Positions 56,992 to 64,000 of a stretch of DNA of 64,000 nucleotides are shown here, one piece after another; the stretch's first letter is position 1, and each line of letters opens with the position of its first letter. The notes below the pieces were generated by a model. That model was given only the letters and a program-made list of their open reading frames with translations, ran no database searches and was not told the DNA's origin. The DNA comes from an uncultured Gammaproteobacteria bacterium (GTDB lineage Bacteria; Pseudomonadota; Gammaproteobacteria; Pseudomonadales; Pseudohongiellaceae). Position numbers and translations under genes: made by a program. The DNA is taken from positions 55-64,054 of the forward strand of contig CALEJT010000028.1 in the NCBI GenBank assembly GCA_937898685.1, in the 5' to 3' direction.

Positions 56992-59253
56992 ATGACCCTT
57001 CGTTTCATACCTCGCGTTCTGGCACTGACCCTGTGCCTGGCTCCGCTCACTTCCACATTTGCCGCCGACGCGGCCAACATTCATGGTGTCACCGGTGGCA
57101 AACAGGTGCAGCTGCGCCGCCTCGATGCCGAGCCGCGCATCGATGGGGTACTCGACGAAGCCGTGTGGCAGCAGGCCGCGGTGATCACCGACTTCCATCA
57201 GATGAACCCGGTGGAATACGGCGAGCCCTCGCAGCGTACCGAGGTGCGCCTCTTCTACACGGACGACGCGCTCTACGTCGCGGCGCGCATGTATGAAACC
57301 GATCCCAGCCTGATCCGAGCGCGCGTCATGCGCCAGAACCAGGGCCTGCAGAACGACGACACCTTCAACCTGATGATCGATCCCTACTTCGATCGCCGTA
57401 GCGGCTATCTCTTCGAGATCAACCCCAATGGCGTGCGTGTCGACGGCATCTATCAGAACGTGTCGCAGGTGGACCGCAACTGGTCGGGTATCTGGCAGGC
57501 CAAGTCCACCATCGACGAGCAGGGTTGGGTCGCCGAGATCCGTATCCCCTTCCAGACCCTCAGCTTCGATCCGAACAATACCGAGTGGGGCATCAACTTC
57601 CGTCGCGCCATTCGCCGCAACAACGAGGAGATCGGCTGGGTCAGCCGCAACCGCCTGATCAACCCCAGCATCGCGGGGACAGCCACCGGACTCACCGGCC
57701 TGCAGCAGGGCCTGGGCCTGGACGTCGTGCCGTATTTCATTGCGCGGCGGGAAAAGGTGTTCGGCAATCCCAGCACCGAAGAAACCAGCCTCGAACCGCA
57801 GCTCGACCTCTTCTACAAGATCACGCCCCAGCTCAACGCGGCCTTGACGCTCAACACCGATTTCTCGGCAACGGAAGTCGATGACCGTGTGGTCAACCTC
57901 ACACGCTTCAACCTGTTCTTCCCCGAGCGGCGTGACTTCTTCACGCGCGACTCCGACATCTTCCAGTTCGGCCGCATCGGCAACGGTGTGATCTTCGGTC
58001 AGGAAGGTAACGAAGCCATCCCCAGCTCGGCGCTGCAGAACGGTCGTCCGTTCTTCTCGCGCAACATCGGTCTGAGCAGCACGGGCGCGCCGGTGGACAT
58101 CAACGTCGGCGCCAAACTCAGCGGGCGCGTCGGCGATTGGAACCTCGGTGCTCTGGTGGTGAATCAGGATGAAGACGAACGCACCGATCTCGATGCGCAG
58201 ACCGTGTTCGTCGGTCGCGCGGCGCTCAACGTGTTGGATGAATCGCAGGTCGGCGTGATCGCCACCTCGGGTGATCCGCGCGCGGGTCTGGACAACACCC
58301 TGGTCGGCGCCGACTTCCGCTACCGCAACTCGCGTCTGGCGCAGGGCAGGGTGGTCGAAGGAGAAGTGTGGTACCAGCAGTCGGACAGCGAAAACCTGAA
58401 AGGCGACGACGCGGCTTGGGGCTTCGGTGTGGCGGCACCCAACACCAACGGCTGGCGTGGCGGCTACAGCTACAAGCGCATCGAGGAAAACTTCAACCCG
58501 GCGCTCGGTTTCGTCAACCAGCGCAACATCGAAGATCATGCGCTCGACGGCGGCTATCGTCACTTCTTCGCGCCGGGCGGAACGGTGCGATCGGTGTATG
58601 CGGGCTTCGATGGTTATCGCAACAGCAACCTCGAAACCGGCGAGCTCATTTCGCAGATCGTCGATCTGCGCATGAATGCCAACAACAATACGAACGATAC
58701 GGTCTCGGCTTCGGTGGTGCGCCAGCGCGAAGTGCTGACACGGCCCTTCGTCATCTATCGCACGCCGGACAACAGCCGACAGGTGGTGATTCCGGTCGGC
58801 GACTACGAGTTCACGCGGCAGACTGCGGGCATTTCCTTCGGTGGTCAGCGTGTGCTCTCGGGCAGCATCAACATCAGCATCGGTGACTACTACGACGGCG
58901 AAAGCTTCGAGCGCCGCGTCAGCGCCACCTGGCAGCCGATACCCGGCTACAGCTTCACGCTCAGCTACACCGAGAACGAGATCGAGCTGCCCTACGGCAA
59001 CTTCACCGTGCGTCAGCCTTCGTTCAGTTCACTCATCAACTTCACGCCGGACCTCACCTGGTCCAACCGCATCCAGTACGACAACGTCTCCGAAGTCATC
59101 GGCATCAACAGTCGTCTGTATTGGATTCCCGAACCGGGCCGCGAGGCCTACATCGTGCTCAACTGGGGCATGCTCGACATCGACAAGGACAACGAGTTCC
59201 ACTCCACCAACAATGACCTGACGGTGAAATATAACTACACCTTCCGGTTCTAG
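56992..59253 (+). CDS. Outer-membrane beta-barrel protein with N-terminal CBM9-like domain (DUF5916 family), copy A
   Basis: 753 aa with signal peptide LAPLTSTFAADA. IDGVLDEAVWQQAAVITDFHQ, typical of CBM9-like domains. A long alternating-hydrophobic region follows and the protein ends YNYTFRF (OMP C-terminal Phe). Confidence 0.8.
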   Translation: MTLRFIPRVLALTLCLAPLTSTFAADAANIHGVTGGKQVQLRRLDAEPRIDGVLDEAVWQQAAVITDFHQMNPVEYGEPSQRTEVRLFYTDDALYVAARMYETDPSLIRARVMRQNQGLQNDDTFNLMIDPYFDRRSGYLFEINPNGVRVDGIYQNVSQVDRNWSGIWQAKSTIDEQGWVAEIRIPFQTLSFDPNNTEWGINFRRAIRRNNEEIGWVSRNRLINPSIAGTATGLTGLQQGLGLDVVPYFIARREKVFGNPSTEETSLEPQLDLFYKITPQLNAALTLNTDFSATEVDDRVVNLTRFNLFFPERRDFFTRDSDIFQFGRIGNGVIFGQEGNEAIPSSALQNGRPFFSRNIGLSSTGAPVDINVGAKLSGRVGDWNLGALVVNQDEDERTDLDAQTVFVGRAALNVLDESQVGVIATSGDPRAGLDNTLVGADFRYRNSRLAQGRVVEGEVWYQQSDSENLKGDDAAWGFGVAAPNTNGWRGGYSYKRIEENFNPALGFVNQRNIEDHALDGGYRHFFAPGGTVRSVYAGFDGYRNSNLETGELISQIVDLRMNANNNTNDTVSASVVRQREVLTRPFVIYRTPDNSRQVVIPVGDYEFTRQTAGISFGGQRVLSGSINISIGDYYDGESFERRVSATWQPIPGYSFTLSYTENEIELPYGNFTVRQPSFSSLINFTPDLTWSNRIQYDNVSEVIGINSRLYWIPEPGREAYIVLNWGMLDIDKDNEFHSTNNDLTVKYNYTFRF

Positions 59254-59357
59254 TGTCCTGGCTGGGGATACACGTAGAATTCGGAACCCCGTTAAAAGCA
59301 AGCGGAGGCGCACGACGCTCCCGCAGGTCGTTCAATTCAGAGGGAGCGTTGTTTGCG

Positions 59358-61559
59358 ATGAAGTTTCGTGTTCGTAGCCTTGTGTGGGCCGTTGGTCTCG
59401 TGGCCGCAGGAGCCCAAGCCCAGGAGCCATCCCTGGTGCGCAGCAAGGAGGTGCGGGCGGTAAGAGTGGATACCGCACCAGTGATCGACGGTGTGCTCGA
59501 CGAAGCCGTCTGGCAGCAGGCCGAACCCATCACCGACTTCCACCAGACCCGTCCCGGTGACGGCACCGAGCCTTCCGAACCCACGATCGTCTACGTCATC
59601 TATACCGAGGACGCACTCTACGTCGGCGCCATCATGCACGATCGCGAGCCGCATCTGATCGCGGCACCCACGATTCGGCATGGTCAGGGGCTGGGGCCGG
59701 ATGATCGTTTGGTGCTGATCCTCGATCCCTTCAACACGCGCCGCACCGGTTATCGCTTCGAGACCAACCTCAACTCGGTGCGTCACGACGCGCTCTATCA
59801 GAACATCAGCTCCTTCTCCGCGGACTGGAGCACCATCTGGGACGTCAAGTCGACGCGCTTCGACAACGGCTGGATCGCCGAGATCGAGATTCCCTTCAAG
59901 TCCTTGCCCTTCGATCCGCGCACCGAATCCTGGGGCTTCAACTTCGGTCGTGGTATTCGTCGTAAAGGCGAAGAAATGGCGTGGGTGTCCTACAACCGCA
60001 GCTACAACCCCAGCATCGCGGGGACACTCACCGGCATGCGCGGCATGAACCAGGGCGTGGGTCTCGATGTGGTGCCTTCGTTCTCCGTCACGCAGCGCCG
60101 TGACTACGTCACCGGCACCGAGTCCTTCGAAGAACAACCTTCGCTCGACGCCTTCTATCGCCTGACGCCCTCGCTCAACGCGGCAGTCACTATCAACACC
60201 GACTTTTCTGCCACCGAAGTCGACAACCGGCAGGTGAACCTCACGCGCTTCAACCTGTTCTTTCCGGAAAAACGAGACTTCTTCCTCAACGACTCGGACC
60301 TTTTCCAGTTCGGTGGCATCGGCAACGGCACGGGTGGCAACCAGGCGCTCGACCAGAACGCCCGTCCCTACTTCTCACGCAAGATCGGCTTGAGCGCCAC
60401 CGGTGCACCGGTGGACATCGAGTACGGTGGTCGCATCAGTGGTCGTGTGGGACGTTGGAACATCGGCACGCTGGCGATTCGCCAGGGGGAACTCGGTACG
60501 CTCGATCCCACCACGTTGTTCGTGACGCGCGTTTCCGCCAACGTATTGGCCGAGTCCAACGTGGGCTTCGTCTACACCAACGGCGACCCCGCCAGCAACC
60601 GCGACAACCAAGTGCTCGGTGTCGACTTTCGCTACCTGAATACGCGTCTCGGCAACGGCCTGCAGCTCGAAGGCGATGCCTGGTACCAGCAATCCGACAC
60701 GCCCGGCCTCGATGGTGATGACGCGGCATACGGTTTCGGCATTCGCGTGCCGAGCAACACGGGCTTGCGTGGCCGCATCAACTTCAAGGAAGTGCAGCGC
60801 AACTTCAACCCGGCGATGGGCTACATCAATCGCAGCGACATTCGCGATTACTCGGGTGACATCGGTTACACGCACTTCTTCGATGGTGGGCCTTTCCAAA
60901 GCATCTTCTTCGGTGTGAACGGGCAGCGCGTCACCGACCTACCGACCGGTGATCTGCAGAGCCAGGAAGTGGAATGGAATCTCTTCGAGATTTCCGCCAC
61001 CACGCGCGACTATCTCGGCATGGATTATCAGCGCAACCGCGAAGTGGTGATCGATCCCTTCCGCGTGTATTCCGAACCTTCGCGCGACGTGATCATCGGC
61101 CCCGGCGATTACAGCTTCGATGAATGGCGCATCTTCTACGGCACCGGTGATCAGCGCATGTTCTCGATCAACGGTGACGTGAAGAAGGGTGAGTTCTACG
61201 ACGGCGACAGCAAGGGCTATTCGGTGGGCGTCAATTGGAACCAGTCGCGCTTCTTCCGTCTGACGATGAACTACAACCTCACCGACATCAGCCTGCCGCA
61301 GGGTGAATTCGAAACGCGCCTGGTCAGTGTGAACTCGCAGGTAGCCTTCAACAGTCAGTGGTTCTGGGTGACACTGGTGCAGTACGACAACGTCTCCGAA
61401 CTCCTCGGCATCAACACGCGTGTGCAGTGGATTCCGAAGGCAGGGCAGGAAGGCTTCATCGTGCTCAACTACGGTCTGCAGGATTTCGACAAGGACAACA
61501 CGTTCAAATCGCTCAACGCCGATCTCAGCGTAAAATTCAAATACACCTTCCGCTTCTGA
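59358..61559 (+). CDS. Outer-membrane beta-barrel protein with N-terminal CBM9-like domain (DUF5916 family), copy B
   Basis: ATG 59358 gives MKFRVRSLVWAVGLVAAGAQAQE (signal peptide). IDGVLDEAVWQQAEPITDFHQ is present and the protein ends FKYTFRF. It is colinear with copy A. The ORF track starts at GTG 59253, overlapping the stop of copy A. Confidence 0.8.
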   Translation: MKFRVRSLVWAVGLVAAGAQAQEPSLVRSKEVRAVRVDTAPVIDGVLDEAVWQQAEPITDFHQTRPGDGTEPSEPTIVYVIYTEDALYVGAIMHDREPHLIAAPTIRHGQGLGPDDRLVLILDPFNTRRTGYRFETNLNSVRHDALYQNISSFSADWSTIWDVKSTRFDNGWIAEIEIPFKSLPFDPRTESWGFNFGRGIRRKGEEMAWVSYNRSYNPSIAGTLTGMRGMNQGVGLDVVPSFSVTQRRDYVTGTESFEEQPSLDAFYRLTPSLNAAVTINTDFSATEVDNRQVNLTRFNLFFPEKRDFFLNDSDLFQFGGIGNGTGGNQALDQNARPYFSRKIGLSATGAPVDIEYGGRISGRVGRWNIGTLAIRQGELGTLDPTTLFVTRVSANVLAESNVGFVYTNGDPASNRDNQVLGVDFRYLNTRLGNGLQLEGDAWYQQSDTPGLDGDDAAYGFGIRVPSNTGLRGRINFKEVQRNFNPAMGYINRSDIRDYSGDIGYTHFFDGGPFQSIFFGVNGQRVTDLPTGDLQSQEVEWNLFEISATTRDYLGMDYQRNREVVIDPFRVYSEPSRDVIIGPGDYSFDEWRIFYGTGDQRMFSINGDVKKGEFYDGDSKGYSVGVNWNQSRFFRLTMNYNLTDISLPQGEFETRLVSVNSQVAFNSQWFWVTLVQYDNVSELLGINTRVQWIPKAGQEGFIVLNYGLQDFDKDNTFKSLNADLSVKFKYTFRF

Positions 61560-61579
61560 GCGTCTCAGAGGAATTAGCA

Positions 61580-62125
61580 GTGGCGCTTGGCTCCACCATG
61601 TACGTATTCAGCGTCGCACTCGCCGACACCGACCGCGGCGTGTTCGAAACGCTGGAAATCCGCGCAGCACAACATCCGTCCGAAGCGGCGGATTACTTGC
61701 TCACTCGTGTGCTCGCCTATTGTCTCGAATATCGTGAAGGCATCGCCTTTTCCAAGGGCGGTGTCTCTGATCGCGACGAACCGACGCTGTTCGCGCGCGA
61801 TCTCACCGGCGCACTGCAGCTCTGGGTGGAGATTGGCGTGCCGGCACCGGAGCGATTACATCAAGCGATGAAGGCGGCACCCGATGTTGCGCTCTATTGC
61901 CACAAGGACGAACAGCAATTGCGGCTCAGACTCAAGGGCGCAACGATTCATCGCGCCGAAGACTTGCGCGCCTATCTCGTGCCGCGCAATCTGCTCGACA
62001 CCTTGCTCGCGCATCTCGATCGCCGCATGTCCTTCGCGCTCACGGTGTCCGAAGGCCATCTCTATTGCAGTGTGGGCGACGACAACGTCGACTGCGTGCT
62101 GGAACGCTTTCCGCTAGCGGAATGA
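61580..62125 (+). CDS. yaeQ: YaeQ-family protein (PD-(D/E)XK-like fold)
   Basis: GTG 61580 is preceded by GAGGAA. (V)ALGSTMYVFSVALADTDRGVF...HPSEAADYLLTRVLAYCLEY...LWVEIGVPAPERL aligns by eye with E. coli YaeQ. The ORF-track frame extends upstream into copy B. Confidence 0.85.
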   Translation: MALGSTMYVFSVALADTDRGVFETLEIRAAQHPSEAADYLLTRVLAYCLEYREGIAFSKGGVSDRDEPTLFARDLTGALQLWVEIGVPAPERLHQAMKAAPDVALYCHKDEQQLRLRLKGATIHRAEDLRAYLVPRNLLDTLLAHLDRRMSFALTVSEGHLYCSVGDDNVDCVLERFPLAE

Positions 62126-62227
62126 ATGCGACGCCCTGGACAGGACGTCCCACCCTCCCCACAATCCCCATTCATCGCTCTGGCAACAGATGCTGCTCAC
62201 CACACGGGAATTCCCGGGAGGACTGCA

Positions 62228-64000
62228 ATGACGCCTCAGGTCCCATTCTTTCGCACCTTGCTGCTCGCGGCTGCCATTGGCCTTGCCGCCTGCGGCGAAA
62301 CGCCGGCACCGAATGAAAACGTCTCCACTTCCGCTGCGCCACCTACCGCGGCGACGACGACAGTCGATACGCAAGCCGAAACCCAGCGGATCAATCAGTG
62401 GTTCGAAGAGAAGAACGAAGAGCGCCTGCGCTTCAATCCCCTCGAACTGACCTCGCTCGGGCGCAAGGAACTCTACGACCAGATTCCCGATTTGAGCGAA
62501 GCCGGCGAGGACGCCTATCTGGAGTGGTTCGCCGGTACCGTCGAAGAACTGCAACGCGAGTTCGATTACGACGCGCTCGACTTCGAAGCGCAGACCTCCT
62601 ACGACCTCTGGATCTACACCTACGAGATGGAGCGCGACCGCTCGCGCTTCCGCCGGCAGAACTATTACCTGACACAGATGTCCGGCGCGCATACGGACCT
62701 GCCGACGGCGCTCATCAGTCTGCACGTGGTGGACACGGTCGATGATCTGCGTGCCTACATCAGTCGTATCGAAGGCACGGCACGCGGCGTACGGCAGACC
62801 TTGGTGCGCGTACAGGACAGCGCGGCTTTCGGCGTACGGGCACCGCGTTTCGCCTACGAGGCGGTAATCGACGAATCGAGCAAGTTGATCAGCGGGCGTC
62901 CCTTCAATGCCGATGCGGAGGTGGACGCGCCACTCTACACTGATGCCAAGGCCAAACTCGCGGCCCTGCAGGAACAAGGCCTGGTCACGGATGAGGAAGC
63001 GGCGGAATTGCTGGCCGCCGTCGAACGGGCCTTGCTCGATCATTTCGAACCCGCCTATCGCGAGCTCATTACCTGGTTCGAGCAAGACATAGAGAATGCT
63101 CCTACCGATACCATCGGCGCGGCGGAATTGCCGGACGGTGTCGCGTACTACGCGATGGCGCTGCGCGACTCCACCACCTTGCCGCTGACGCCAGAGGAAG
63201 TGCATGCAACGGGTCTGGCCGAAGTGGAGCGCATCCGAGCCGAGATGCAGGCGCTCAAGGACAGCCTCGGCTTCGATGGTGATCTGCAGGCCTTCAATGA
63301 ATTCCTCACCACGGACGATCGCTTCTTCTATCCCAATACCGACGAAGGACGTCAGGCCTATCTCGATGATGCCACGGCCTACATCGATCGCATTCGCGAG
63401 TTGTTGCCGCAGTACTTCGGCATCCTGCCCAAGGCACCGCTCGTGGTGAAACGTGTCGAACCCTTCCGTGAACAGGATGGCGCGGCGCAGCACTACATGC
63501 AGGGCAGTGTCGACGGCAGCAGGCCCGGCATCTATTACGTGCATCTATCCGACACACGCTCGATGCCGAAGACCGAAATGGAGGCCGTCGCTTATCACGA
63601 AGGCATTCCCGGCCATCACATGCAGATCTCCATCGCGCAGGAAAATACCAGCCTGCCGAGTTTCCGCGGCCAATTCTTCTACGGCGCCTACGTGGAAGGC
63701 TGGGCGCTCTACGCCGAGCAACTCGCCGCCGAGATGGGCGCGTATGAAGATCCCTATCTGCGTTACGGGCAACTCACCAGCGAGATGTGGCGTGCGGTAC
63801 GACTCGTGGTCGACACCGGCATGCATGCGATGAACTGGAGTGAACAGGAGGCCATCGACTACTTCGCTGCCAATGCCACGACACCATTGGCAGCCATTCG
63901 TTCCGAAATCCGTCGTTATCTCGTGTGGCCGGGGCAGGCGACTTCCTACAAGACCGGCATGCTCAAGATCCTCGAACTGCGTGAGCGTGCTCGCAATCGA
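62228..64000 (+). CDS. DUF885-family lipoprotein (metallopeptidase-like HExxxGHH motif), 3' end outside the window
   Basis: Not in the ORF track because no stop falls in the window. My translation from ATG 62228 is open to position 64000. Lipobox LAAC, YHEGIPGHHMQ and VDTGMHAMNW are typical of DUF885. Confidence 0.85.
   Translation, partial: MTPQVPFFRTLLLAAAIGLAACGETPAPNENVSTSAAPPTAATTTVDTQAETQRINQWFEEKNEERLRFNPLELTSLGRKELYDQIPDLSEAGEDAYLEWFAGTVEELQREFDYDALDFEAQTSYDLWIYTYEMERDRSRFRRQNYYLTQMSGAHTDLPTALISLHVVDTVDDLRAYISRIEGTARGVRQTLVRVQDSAAFGVRAPRFAYEAVIDESSKLISGRPFNADAEVDAPLYTDAKAKLAALQEQGLVTDEEAAELLAAVERALLDHFEPAYRELITWFEQDIENAPTDTIGAAELPDGVAYYAMALRDSTTLPLTPEEVHATGLAEVERIRAEMQALKDSLGFDGDLQAFNEFLTTDDRFFYPNTDEGRQAYLDDATAYIDRIRELLPQYFGILPKAPLVVKRVEPFREQDGAAQHYMQGSVDGSRPGIYYVHLSDTRSMPKTEMEAVAYHEGIPGHHMQISIAQENTSLPSFRGQFFYGAYVEGWALYAEQLAAEMGAYEDPYLRYGQLTSEMWRAVRLVVDTGMHAMNWSEQEAIDYFAANATTPLAAIRSEIRRYLVWPGQATSYKTGMLKILELRERARNR

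Overview
GC-rich gammaproteobacterial chromosome segment with about 58 CDS and 2 tRNAs. I saw no rRNA, CRISPR, transposase, integrase or phage genes. Most of the window is housekeeping DNA in a gene order I recall from Pseudomonas-type genomes: smpB, ratA-rnfH, bamE, fur, recN, grpE-dnaK-dnaJ-dapB, carAB, greA, yhbY, ftsH-folP-glmM-tpiA-secG, tRNA-Leu(GAG), tRNA-fMet, rimP-nusA-infB-rbfA-truB, rpsO, pnp. A second conserved block follows: PfkB kinase-hemL-hemJ, argC-membrane protein-bactofilin-erpA, anmK-M23 peptidase, tyrS, cbpA-cbpM. The core synteny deviates in two places. rlmE/ftsJ is absent between yhbY and ftsH, replaced by about 430 nt of noncoding DNA with a sigma-32-like promoter. A 432-aa membrane-anchored orphan gene sits between truB and rpsO. 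There are three accessory-looking regions. (1) 0.4-9.4 kb holds seven genes that all encode exported proteins: DUF6152, a CPVC DsbA paralogue, an unknown 258-aa protein, a periplasmic ankyrin-repeat protein, a DUF1592-type protein with two CxxCH motifs, a Tat-exported DUF1552 protein and a CcpA/MauG-like diheme protein. This is my best candidate for an undescribed periplasmic redox system. (2) 41-45.6 kb holds a Fur-box-controlled fiu/ybiX-like iron-uptake operon extended by an FMN-dependent alpha-hydroxy-acid oxidase, preceded by an 8-bp tandem repeat. (3) 57-64 kb holds two tandem paralogous CBM9-like/DUF5916 outer-membrane barrels, then yaeQ and a DUF885 lipoprotein that runs off the right edge. 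All family calls come from motif recognition by eye. No database search was run.
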